Of a stretch of 64,000 bases of DNA, positions 27,793 to 40,135 are shown piece after piece; position 1 is the stretch's first letter; every line of letters starts with the position of its first letter. Source of the stretch: Lama glama (Eukaryota); the NCBI GenBank assembly GCA_028534125.1, contig CM052817.1:38566001-38630000 (forward strand), written 5' to 3'. Below the pieces are notes generated by a model that saw nothing but the letters and a program-made list of their open reading frames with translations, ran no database searches and had not been told where the DNA came from. The translations under genes and the position numbers were made by a program.

Positions 27793-28292
27793 NNNNNNNN
27801 NNNNNNNNNNNNNNNNNNNNNNNNNNNNNNNNNNNNNNNNNNNNNNNNNNNNNNNNNNNNNNNNNNNNNNNNNNNNNNNNNNNNNNNNNNNNNNNNNNNN
27901 NNNNNNNNNNNNNNNNNNNNNNNNNNNNNNNNNNNNNNNNNNNNNNNNNNNNNNNNNNNNNNNNNNNNNNNNNNNNNNNNNNNNNNNNNNNNNNNNNNNN
28001 NNNNNNNNNNNNNNNNNNNNNNNNNNNNNNNNNNNNNNNNNNNNNNNNNNNNNNNNNNNNNNNNNNNNNNNNNNNNNNNNNNNNNNNNNNNNNNNNNNNN
28101 NNNNNNNNNNNNNNNNNNNNNNNNNNNNNNNNNNNNNNNNNNNNNNNNNNNNNNNNNNNNNNNNNNNNNNNNNNNNNNNNNNNNNNNNNNNNNNNNNNNN
28201 NNNNNNNNNNNNNNNNNNNNNNNNNNNNNNNNNNNNNNNNNNNNNNNNNNNNNNNNNNNNNNNNNNNNNNNNNNNNNNNNNNNNNNNNNNNN
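27793..28292. other. Assembly gap (500 N)
   Basis: Run of exactly 500 N. Confidence 1.
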
Positions 28293-28558
28293 CTCCACCA
28301 GCAGCAGCCAGGAAAAAGGGTTTTACAGAACAGATGAAGCAATGCAAGGAAGTTATTCGATTAGCCATAGCTTAAGCTGCTGCCTTATTTGGGAAAGCTT
28401 AGTTGGCTCTTTGTGATTGGTTGTCCTCATATTTCCATTTCTTGACCTTGAGGCATTTGCAAGAATAGACTCTAGCTTAGGTTTTGGTTTGTTTACATAG
28501 GCTGCCAAGGCATTAGAGCCAGCTTGGTCTAATGGCCTCCTTGTTACTTACTTTAACA
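28293..28558 (-). mobile_element. ERV1-like LTR 5' part, cut by the gap
   Basis: Minus strand begins TGTTAAAGTAAGTAACAAGGAGGCCATTAGACC and contains a CCAATC box; typical class I LTR U3. Confidence 0.6.
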
Positions 28559-29189
28559 CTACTCCTTTCTGAAGCTTAGCATGAGAGTCATATTAATAGG
28601 AGAAATCTAAATTCTTCATACTGAGAACAGATTGGTTTTTAGAAGAAAATTAAGATGCATAAGGTGTGTTTGTGCTTAGGTAAATTCCGAAAGAAAGGAG
28701 CTTCAGTCATTGTTGGGGGAGAGCCTGAAGGAAAGTCAAAGCATCCACCAACTCACTGTGACTCCGAAGGGCAGACTCCCTCCCATCCCTTCAGACCAGG
28801 AGACTCTAAGCAGAAGTAAGGCTCTTGGCAGCTGAAATCTGCTACAGGGCACCTGATAAAACACATGAAAAACTCTGGGGCCACTACTCCCTTAAGATTC
28901 TCCCCTCACATGGAGAGAGTTGGAATCTCCCCAGGGAGGGGCCAGGACCCACGGAAGGGGAGTACTTGATAAGGATACTTGAGGGAAGGAGACAGTGAGA
29001 GAGAGCAAATTGGGACTGAAGATGAGAACGAGTCTTAGAATAAGGCTTCATCACGCTTCTGCAGAACACAGGAGCAAATTTAACTAAGTAACGGTAAAAC
29101 TCCCACCTTCCAATTTTATACTGCTTTTAGATATTCATCTCAACATTTCAGTTGAAAAAAAAGAAACAAAACAAAACTGTCTTACCATA

Positions 29190-29708
29190 TGTTGGTTCAC
29201 AACGTCAGGACTGCTCCCAGATGAATTCAAAACTGGCCCCAAATACGGAGGGCACGAAGAGACTGCAAAAAAGAGGCAGACCCTTCCGGTTGGCTCGCCA
29301 GTCATTGGTTGGCACCCTCGGGAGATTTCCCAGGTGAAATCTCAAACTGGCCCCTGTTCACGGAGGTCAGGGAGAGGAACTGGCAGCCACACCAGGTAGG
29401 TGGCAGGCTTGATAAGCAAGGCAACTTACAAACGAGGCTTGCCTTAGTGGCTGCAAGACAGTACATCGCATACGCCCACCCGAATCGGAAGAGTTATCAT
29501 AGAGGGCTTAACGGGGTTCAGTCACGCGTACTGCCCAGAAGGTCTTAGCCACACCTTGCTCTCTCAAGGCTGCATCCTTGAAAATGGCTCCCACTGTGGG
29601 AATGGTGGGACATTCAAGGACAAAGGAGGGGGCGAGGAGCCTCCGACTGCCCTGGTCCAGGTCACAGGTCAACCGGCAGTCACGTCCTCTCGCTGAGCTC
29701 CTCCCACA
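29190..29708 (-). mobile_element. Solo LTR (ERVL-type, MER54/MER74-like) with perfect 5-bp TSD
   Basis: TG...CA termini flanked by CCATA (29185-29189) and CCATA (29709-29713). GC-rich against an AT-rich background. The family name and strand are tentative. Confidence 0.85.
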
Positions 29709-31221
29709 CCATAGAACACAATACAAGAGTCAGAAGAGAGGTAGCATTCAAGAAGTCTGCTGCGTGACTTCCTGGGTATGGCTTTCTGGTCATCATCGAC
29801 CTTGCTCTTTGGCACTAGTAGGGCCATAGTTTCTGCAGAAGGTATTGAGAAATACTCTCTGTACTTCTCCTACTATGTAACATGAGAGAATGACTGTCAA
29901 TTTTGAATGTTAAAGTGCAATGATTATTGTAGATGCTCAATTAAAATAACTAATCAGACAAGAGTTACTGTTTTCCAAAGTTATTTGAATTATAGCTTTG
30001 ATTTAATTTTAAAAGTTAATAAACTTTTGTGTTTTTATTCAATTGTCACACACTTTGTCTTAAAATATAATAAATAATATGTGGTGATTTTTCTAGAGAT
30101 TAGAGTAAAAGAACACACTTTTACATTATGACCAAAACAAATTCTCAACATTTATATTAAAATTACAAATCTGATGAACTAGAAAAATGTTGATGGATTA
30201 TTTCTAAATGTATTAGTCACTTACACTGTTTCTAAAAGTATTAGTTACTTACCTGTTTGCAATTTTTCTGTATCTACATTACAAATCCCTTGAGGGCAGA
30301 AAAGTATCTTTGTATCCCTTTCATTCCCTGCAAATTATGGACACTGAATAACACTGGAACAAATTAGAGATAATGCTGATATGTTAAACCTAAATTATAG
30401 GAACAAGGAAAATGAAACTGATAAAAGGAAATAGTAAGGCAAGATGATTTTCGACAAATTGGGCTATCCAGAATTGCAAGTCTGCAAACAAATTCTTATT
30501 CCCTAACAAAATATATTTTATAGCTTTGAAAAGTCTTCTATTAAACAACACTGTTAATTTGTTCTGGTGATTCTTTAAAACGGCTCTTACAGAACCACAG
30601 TTGTGAGAGTTGAACCCAGGTATTATGCTGGTAACATGGGATAATGGTGTTGATATTTTTATACGTTCTAAATTTGTGCTGCTGATAAAGAATTTATTGT
30701 GGAAGCTAAAAATCTAATACCTCGTATATACTGCATCAGAGGCAGAATTGCTACTTATATTGCAAAGTGTTACGGCTATTTTTAAAATGGCTTTTCTATA
30801 TCTTAATTCTTATTCTAATTGCTTTGTCATTTTTTTTTCTTGCTGTTTCTTTGCCAAAAATACAGCATGCCATTTCAATTGAGAGGCTCAAATTATTACC
30901 AATTTTGGAAGTTTTATGCAGATTAGGCAAAACAATGTGTTTTGTGCACATGGTAATCAGGTTCAAAGTGTTCTCAATGATAAGTCTCATTCTTTGAGAA
31001 TTTTCCCTTCTATGTATTAGAAAAATTGAAGCACAAATGCTACCATGATACCTGATTTCGATACCAACCATGCCTCCTTCCACATTTCCTTATCCCTTAA
31101 TCTCACATTAAGGATTATAAAAGCAAATTAGATTAAAATTTACAAATAGTTAATATATTAATGTTTTCAATAAATCCATAAAATACAGAGCCTATAATTT
31201 CCCACGTGGTAATTTATCTTC

Positions 31222-32365
31222 TGTTTTATTGAAGTATAGTTGATGTACAGTATTACGTTACTTTCAGGTGTACAACAGAATTATTCAACATTTAAATATA
31301 TTACAAAGTGATCATCATCATGTCCAATAACCATCTGTCATCATCCAAAATTACTACAGTAATTACAACTATCTTTCTTATGCTGTCTATTACATCCCTG
31401 TGACTTATTTATTTTATAACTGGAAGTTTGTACCTATTAATCCCCATCACTTATTTCACCCAACCCTCCACTCCCTTCCCTCTGGCAACCACTGATTTGC
31501 TCTGTATCTATGACTCTCTTTCTATTTTGTTTTGTTTGTTCATTTGCTTTATTTTTTAGGTTCCACATAAAAGTGAAATCATTTGTCTTTCTCTGTCTGA
31601 CTTATTCACTTAGCATAATACCTTCTAGGTCCATCCATGTTGTCCCAAACTGCAAGATTTCAATCTTTTTTATGGTTGACTAGTATTCCATTGTATGTAT
31701 ATACACCGTATCTGCTTTATCCATTCATTTGTTGATGGACACTTAGGTTGTTTCCATATCTTGGCTATTGTAAGTTGTGCTGCAATGAACATAAAAGTAC
31801 ATACATCTTTTCGAACTAGTATTTTTGTTTTCTTCACACAAATACCCAGAACTGGAATTGCCGGATCATGTGGTAGTTCTATTTTTAAAGTTTTGAGGAG
31901 CCTCCATGCAGTTTTCCATAATGGCTGCACCAATTTACATTTCCTTCAACACTGCACGAGGGTTCCCTTTTCTTCGTGTCTTCACCAGCACTTGTTATTT
32001 GTTGTCTCTTTGATGATAGCCATTCTGATAGGTGTGCAGCAGTATCTCAGTGTGGTTTTGTGCTGCATTTACCTGACGATTAGTGACATTGAGCATCTTT
32101 TCATGTGTCTGCTGCCATTTGAATGTCTCCTTTAGAGAAATGTCTACTCAGGTTCTCTGACAATTTTTAAATCAGATTATTTGGGGTTTTTCGATATTGA
32201 ATTGTATGAGTTCTTCATATAATTTGGATATTAATCCCTTACTGAATATACCATTTGCAAAGATATACTCCTATTCAGTAGGTTGCCTTTTCATTATGAT
32301 GATAGTTTCCTTCACTGTGCAAAAGGTTTTTAGTTTGTTGTAGTCCATTTGTTTATTTTTGCCTT
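31222..32365 (-). mobile_element. LINE-1 3' end (ORF2 C-terminus plus 3'UTR)
   Basis: ORF 31670..31933 reads [30 protein letters not shown]...[19 protein letters not shown]; terminus TTTTATTGAAGTATAGTTGAT. Confidence 0.92.
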
Positions 32366-32479
32366 CCATTTGTGGTTCCTCGTTTATGGAGTTCTACTTC
32401 CTCTTCCTTGCTCATTTTGCTATCATAGATTTTTCCAGAGCTTTTTATAGAATGTATGGGAACCAGATAAAACAAAACA

Positions 32480-33945
32480 AGGAACATATTGATATCTGTT
32501 GAAACTGGATGATGGCACATGAGGGATTTATTGTGCTACTCTCTCCACTTTTGAGTATATTTAGATTTTGCTATGGTAAGAGTTTAGCTCTGTCTACTGA
32601 AAAGGCAGACCACACTGAGAGCTCTAAATATCATTCACCAATAAGAATAAAAAAAATGATTGCAGTCCTTACTTAAATGACCAGATTCAGGTTCAGGTCA
32701 GGAAATTTATGAGATGAACCTTAGATATCTTGTTCTGACAAAAAAACAAAGAAGCCAGCAAACTATAACAGGGTTATATCAGAAAGACATAAGAGCCAGG
32801 TTATCATAAGATTCCATCCAAAGATGGAATAATTTGAGCATAAAGACAATAACTTTAATTCACTGAAGATAATTTATAAAAATATCTGAGTCATTATAGT
32901 ATTCCAAAAGAGAGAACAAGAGAGCAAAAATAAAAACTTCACAAAAATTCGTCAGGAATCATTGGAAATAGTTAGAGCACTAATTTGTTATTTTAAAAAT
33001 GGCAATTAAACATAATGAAATAAGCTTTTATCCCATCGATCCTGTGTAATATATTTAAAATATATTTTAAAATATATTTAAAATTTTAAAATAGTCCTAT
33101 TTGATAAAGGAAAGTTACTTAGAGAAAACTTCCAGAAAATAAATGTAAAAGAAATGATAGAATGAGAAAAACCCATTAGGATAAAAACTGATAGGAGACT
33201 TTGACAATGGGAGGATCATGAAAAACCAGTGTTCAAACTTAAGCATCACTGAAAGTTGGGCAACCACTTACTATGTGCCATTAGGTAGGATGTGTCAGAG
33301 AGTAAACAGCACAAGTAGTCCTGCCGAAAGAAAATTCAATTTGAATTTAATTAAAGCTTTCAGACCAACTTCTAGTTTAAGAAATATAGGGGATAGAAGC
33401 AAGTTAAACAATACCACGGGAAGCAAAAACACAAGGAAATAAGCAGACAAATGCAGGATGCTAATCATTCCTCAAGACCAATGATCCAGTTTCTCCAATA
33501 AATCAATGGCAAAGGGGAAAAAAAGAGGTGAGACTGAGATTAAAATAGAGCAAATAATATCAGTGTGATAACAACCGTGAATCTTTTCTGCTTCCTAAAT
33601 CAAATATATCAACCATGAAAAGAGATTTTTGATGAAATTAGAGAAACTTAAATATGGACTACATATTAAATGATAGTAAGAAAACACGTTGATTGAATTT
33701 AAAATGATCGTAGCAGGTTTTTTAATGTTAGAAACAAATCTTTATTTTTTAGTGGTACATATTGAAGGATTTATGGATAACATTACCTTGTGTCAGAAAT
33801 CAATCTTAAACATAACACAGAAAAAAAGAAGGGGGAAGGAAAGAACTGGTAGATAAAACAAGGATGGCAAATATTGATAATTATTCAATCTGGTGATGGA
33901 TATATGGTTCATTATTCAACTTGCTCCACTTTGGGGTAACTTAGA
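32480..33945 (+). mobile_element. Ancient L1MC-type 3'UTR fragments
   Basis: AGCTCTGTCTACTGAAAAGGC, GGATGGCAAATATTGATAATT...GGTGATGGATATATGG motifs; heavily decayed. Confidence 0.55.
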
Positions 33946-34279
33946 AAAGTATACAGTTTTTTATTCTTATCTGGTACCTAAATTTGGTCTTTTGAAGTTT
34001 GATGTAAGTAATAAGGTGCCCAAAATAGCTCAATTCTCCACTGAATATGGGTGGATGTTAAATTTTTACTGCCAAGAATTTCCAAGAGTGTAGAATTAAA
34101 GACCTCTCCGGACAAAGGGCAAAAAGTTCAACCTCACTTGGAAACATTCCCTTCACCTCCCAATGCTTTATTATGTAGAGGTTAAAGTGTTGGAAGAGAG
34201 TATTGAACGGAGACAAGATGATTATCTGATTATCCATCTACACAATTATTATAGAACTCTATTGTAAAGAATTTTCTGT

Positions 34280-34637
34280 AACTAGATAGATAGACAGACA
34301 GATATTTATTATAAGGAATTTGCTCACGTGATTATGGAGGCTGAGAAGTTCTGCAGTCAGCAAGCTGGGAAACCCAGGAAAACTGATGGTGTATGTTCCA
34401 GTTTGAGGGCAGAAAAACCTATACTGCTTCTCAACCAAGTTTCCTCTTACTCACATTTTTTTCCTATTTGATGAGGCCCACACATATTAAGGAGGGCAAT
34501 CTGCTTTGCTTAGTCCAGCAGTTCAGATGTTAATCTCATCCAGAAACACCCTCACAGACACAGCCAGAAAAATAGTTGACCAGCTATCTGGACATCCCTT
34601 GGCTCAGCAGAGTTGGCATGTAAAATTGATCATCATA
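34280..34637 (-). mobile_element. MLT2-type ERVL LTR, partial
   Basis: TTATAAGGAATTTGCTCACGTGATTATGGAGGCTGAGAAG...AATCTCATCCAGAAACACCCTCACAGACAC; homologous to 51464-51925. Confidence 0.85.
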
Positions 34638-37033
34638 CTCTTGATATAGAACATTGCTTGGATCCCAGGACATGGAAAATGCTATGTGGTAGGAAAAGAA
34701 AACTTCCTTTGAGTCTAGCCTCCTATGATTTTACTTTGTATTAAACTAGGATAGGGCAATGTGTCTGGTTGTTAAATATAAACTTCTCTCCCTGCTATCC
34801 TCTAATGTTTCCTTTGTTCATCTTCTTGCTCTTTGTTACAGGTCTTCCTTCTCCCACTATCAAAGACAGTGCATGGTACTGTAATGACAACTAAAATATT
34901 TGATGTTGTTTCTTTATATGTCCATGAAAAATTCTTGAGTTCTCCCAACATATTTATTTATAAATTATATACATGCAAGTAAAATATATTGAACAGATGA
35001 ACTAGAATATTTGTGAACAGCTATTTTATTTATTGAGCATGTAAAACATTTTGCTCTCACTAATAATAATTACTTTAGTGAGATGAATATTCTTAGAAAG
35101 AACAATGTAAATATTTTATTATTCTTGAAAATATTGTTTTAATACTTTGTAATACAGCAATTTGACAGGTCTTAAGTTCATTTTATTCAAACACTCGGAT
35201 TTAATAGTTTTTTTAGCTGAAAAATATACCACATAAAAATATTTAGATTTCATTGCAAAAAAGTACATCATTAACTTTGTTAATTAAAGTAAGTCCATTC
35301 AATCTACTAATTAGGCGAACATTTTTGTTAAAAATCGAAGGGTAAATTTTGATCTTCCATGATTTCAATCAATAACATCCTACAAAATGAATCAAGTTAC
35401 TTTTTATATTTTTCATAAGCAGGTTCAAAACCATTGGAACTCTTCACATGGAAGATTTTTTAAACAGGTTAAGAAAATCTGTTTCCAAATTTTCAGGTAT
35501 GTATAGAGAGTTTCACCAAGTGATACATATTGCAGTTTAAATTCTCAGAAAGCAGAAATTTATGATTTGGGGGAGAAGATCTTTTTCAAGGACCAAAAGC
35601 TGTGAAGAGAAGAGAGAAGCAGCCAAATGGGGCAGGGAAACAAGTAGAACTTCCATGGAGCCAACAATGCGTAGACTATCCCCTTAACAGGGAAGTCTGG
35701 AACAATTGTGCCCTGCATTGGTCAAAAAGGGCTGAACCTTCATACTTTCATCCCACATTACTCAGTCACCATATGTCCCAGGAGAGGTAGCTCTGTAGAT
35801 GAGGCTGACCTTGAAGCAGTCACCGCAGGACACAGTCTGCTGACCTCGGTCCTCACATCTGGGCAGCAAGTCCTTCTTTAATTTGGTCAGCACATCTCAG
35901 TATCTCCCATACACTTACACCACATAGATATGGAAATATTTCCAAACACTCATTGTTTTCAAATGTTCTCTTCATCATACAACTTCCTTCAAAAAAATAC
36001 TAATTTTCTTTTTTGTTAAAATGCCACATTTACCTTGAATGAGCAGATTAAGTGAATTTTTTTCAATTACTGTTATCTGATAGGTAGCAGGTAGTGAAAT
36101 AGCTTAATAGACAGCCATGCTTGTTATATCAGAACTTTTACCATTTTTTAAAGAAAAATGGAAACTTTATCTTTTCTTTTGAAGAAAAATGTATACTCAT
36201 CTATAAATTCAACTCTTTTAAAGTCTTTGGCATAAAATAACCACCCCCATCTCATTGTAGTACAAAGGATTTCCATAATCATGCCACCTCTGATTGCAAT
36301 GTTTAAAGTTTTTATTACAGGTTTAAATTTGTTATTTTTATTAAATCAATTATGTTGCTGACACCACTATGCATGTGTGACTTCAATTTTACTGTAAGTG
36401 TTTATAAATGATAGAGTGAATGAATTTGCCATCTGTGAAACTCATCTATAACTTAGGAATACTTTTTTTTAATTCTAGGCAATGCAGCTTGGTTATGCAT
36501 ATGATGTTTGTAGAAAACAGTGTTTTGATTAAGGAAGTTATTTAGTATTGAGAAAGTTCTTTTCTGGTTCCTATTCTTTAGTGACTTACATAAAAAGTAG
36601 AGCTTTTTTGTGCACTTAATTATTGAAATAAAATCTAGCAAATACCACAAGCTTAAACTTCAGAGAAATATTGGTACTTTACTATATAGCATGACCTTCT
36701 TTACTGTGAAATTTGTTGTAAGTAGCGTTTTTCATATCCTGAGCAATGTTCACTATAACATCTTCTGATACGTCTTGCTATAAAAGAAGTCCCTGTTGGT
36801 TTGGTGTATTATTTTAGGCCTTTTACTACAACAGACTGAACAACTCCTTGTTGCCTTTGCATTAAATAAAAAATATTAAAGGAGCCTCATGGTATTTTCA
36901 TTAATTTTTAGCAAAATTTAATGAAGTTCTAGATTGAGTATAACTTCTAACATTGTGAAATAGTCATAGAATTTGTCTCCATGTTCTAGGTATTTAGTAT
37001 TAAAATGCCTTGCTAAGCATTAGCCAATGTCTC

Positions 37034-39211
37034 ATATACAGAAGATACTTTTAAAAATCCATTTTTATATATAGTGGCTAACATCTGTAAATCTCAAACT
37101 CCCAAATTTACCCCTTCCCACCCTCTTTCCCCAGTAACCATAAGATTGTTTACTATGTCTGTGAATCTGTTTCTCTTTTGTAAATGAGTTTCATAGAGTC
37201 CTTCTTCTTTCTGTTTTTTTTTTAAGATTCCATATATGAGTGATATAATATAGTATTTTTCTTTCTCTTTCTGGCTTACTTCACTTAGAATGACGATCTC
37301 TAGGTCCATCCATGTTGCTGCAAATGGCACTTTATTACTTTTAATGGCTGAGTAGTATTTCATTGTATAAATATACCACATCTTCTTTATCCAGTCATCT
37401 GTCAAAGGACATTTAGGTTCTTCAATGTCTTGGCTATTGTATATAGTACTGCTATGAACATTGGGGTGCATGTATCTTTTTGCATTAGTGTTCCCTCTGG
37501 ACATACACCCAGAAGTGGGGTTGCTGGATCATATGGTAAGTCTATTTTTAGTCTTTTGAGGAATCTTCATACTGTTTCCCATAATGTCTGCACCAAACTA
37601 CATTCCCACCAACAGTGTAGGAGGGTTCCCTTTCCTCCACACCCTCTCCAGCATTATTGTTCGTGGACTTTTGAATGATGTCCATTCTGACTGGTGTGAG
37701 GTGATACCTCATTATAGTTTTGATTTGCATTTCTCTGATAATTAGTGATACTGAGTATTTTTTCATGTGCCTAGTGGCCATTTGTATGTTTTCATTGGAG
37801 AATTGCTTGTTTAGATTTTCTACCCATTTTTTGATTGGGTTGTTTGGGGGGTTTTTTGTTATTAAGTTGTATGAAATGTTTATACATTTTGGAAATCTTT
37901 CTTTGTCAGTCACATCATTTGCAAATATTTACTCCCATTCCATAAGTTGTTGTTTTGTCTTGCTTATGGTTTCCTTTGCTATGCAAAAGCTTTTAAGTTT
38001 AATTAGGTCCCATTTTTTAATATTTGCTTTTATTTATATTGCCTGGGTAGACTGCCCTAGGAGAACATTACCAAGATTTATGTCAGAGAATGTCTTGCCT
38101 ATGTTTTCTTCTAGGGGATTTATCATGTCTTGTTATATTTAAGTCTTTAAGCCATTTTGAGTTTATTTTTGTGCATAGAGTGAGGGAGTGTTCTAACTTC
38201 ATTGATTTACATTCTGCTATCCAGTTTCCCCAACACCACTTGCTGAAGAGACTGTCTTTTCTCCATTGTATATTCTTGCTTCCTTTGTCAAAGATTAATT
38301 GACCATAGGTCTGTGGGTTTATTTCTGGGCTGGGCTCTCTATTCTGTTCCATTGATCCATATGTCTGTTTTTATGCTAATACCATGCTGTTTTGCTTACA
38401 TAGCTCTAATAATGTCTGAAGTCAGGGAGGGTATTTCCTCCAGCTTCATTCTTTTTCTTCAGTATCGCTTTTGCAATTCCGGGTCTTTTATGATTCGATA
38501 TAAATTTTAGGATTGTTTGTTCTAGTTCTGTGAAAAATGTCCTGGGTAATTTGATAGGGATTGCATTAAATCTGTAGATTGCCTTTGACAGTATGGCCGT
38601 TTTAGCAATATTGATTATTCCAATCCAAGAGCATGGATATCCTTCCATTTCTTCAACTCATCTTTAATTTCCTTAATCAGTGTTTTATATTCTCCATGTA
38701 TAAGTCTTACATCTCCTTGGTCAGTTTTATTCCTAAGTATTTTATTGTTTTGGATGTGATTTTAAAGGAGATTGTTGCTTTACTTTTTTTTCCTGCTAAT
38801 TCATTGTTAGTGTAAAGAAATGCAACTGATTTTTGTATGTTAATCTTGTATCCTGCTACCTTGAGGAATTCTTTTATCAGCTCTAATAGTGTTTCGGTGG
38901 AGCTTTTAGGGTTTCCTATATATAGTATCATGTCATCTGCATATAGTAATAATTTTACCTCTTCTCTTCCAATTTAGATCCCTGTTCTTTCTCTTGCCTG
39001 ATTGCTGTGGCTAAGACTTCCAAGACTATGTTGAATAAAAGTGGTGAGAGTGGGCATCCTTGTCTTGACCCAGATTTTAGTGGGAATGCTTTTAGTTTTT
39101 CACTGTTGAGTATTATGCTGACTGTGGGTTTGTCATAAATAGCTTTTATTATGTTGAGATATGTTCCCTCTATACCCACTTTGGTAAGAGTTTTTATCAT
39201 AAATGGGTGTT
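37034..39211 (-). mobile_element. Relatively young LINE-1, 5'-truncated within the RT domain, ORF2 disrupted
   Basis: Minus-strand ORFs give [27 protein letters not shown] (~38920-38946), [14 protein letters not shown] and [21 protein letters not shown], split across frames by stops and frameshifts. Confidence 0.97.
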
Positions 39212-39214
39212 GCC

Positions 39215-40135
39215 AAAGTTTAATTTTTATTACTGCTATTCTTCTCCCAGTATCTCCCTTAGAGATTTCTTCTACTCTCTAAAAACCAGCTATCACTTCT
39301 GTAGAGATTGCCACCAAATGGTTATTTTTGATCCAATTTTCTCTCCAGAATTTTACTCCCTGATTTTAAACGGTGTGTGGGATATTTATACTTATATACT
39401 TGCTAGTCTTCTTAAAATTAAAGTTTCTAAAATCTATTTCCAATGCCTTCCCCTTCCCAACCCATACCAGGTTCCTCTGTTATTAGCAATGGAACTAAGA
39501 GTTTTTTGTTATTCTGACTCTGAATCAAAAAAATCATTTTTCATATAGTTCTCCTTTGCTCTTGAAATCCAAACATAGCAAAAATCCTGATAATTCTTCC
39601 TTCAAAACATTTCTTCTGTCATCCCTACCTTGCTACTGTGCTGCTAACACTCTAGTTCAGGCCTTACTTTCCTTTGTAGGTAAGCCTCTTCACTCACCTC
39701 CCAACCTCCAGTACCTCCCTGATGCAGGCTTCTTGCATTCTGCAGATAGATCCATCTTCCTAAAGCATTGTTTCCTCTGAGTCATTCTTCTGTTATAAAT
39801 GGTTCAAACTTCGTACTATCTGTAGAATGAAGACTCAAACTTTTAAATCTGGGATTCAAATTTCATCATATTCAACCTTTTCTAACAGATGTAGTACAAC
39901 TTTCAACCAAACTGAAGTAATGTTCTTATTCTAAATATGCTTTGCTTTTTCCTGCCTCTCTCTGTTTTGTCACATCTTAAACCTGTGGAAGTGCCTTTTC
40001 TTCCTCTCTGCCCCCCAGTTCTTCCATCCACAGCCCCCTCATTTGTTCAGATAGGTACTGAGCATCACCAGTGTTTCAGACTCTATATAAATAGAGGTGA
40101 ACAAGCCATGATCCTTGACTTTTTAATCTGGTGAT
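39215..40135. mobile_element. Decayed L2 fragments
   Basis: Pyrimidine-rich L2-like sequence, e.g. ACACTCTAGTTCAGGCCTT and GATCCATCTTCCTAAAGCA. Confidence 0.45.

Noticed and set aside
27757..28368. 175- to 203-aa ORFs
   Set aside because: Artefacts of reading through N.
33048..33092. AT-only quasi-palindrome (possible cruciform)
   Set aside because: Low-complexity slippage inside an old L1 fragment.
37094..39200. Reverse transcriptase ORFs as a functional or domesticated gene
   Set aside because: 5'-truncated and broken by multiple frameshifts and stops; an ordinary dead L1.
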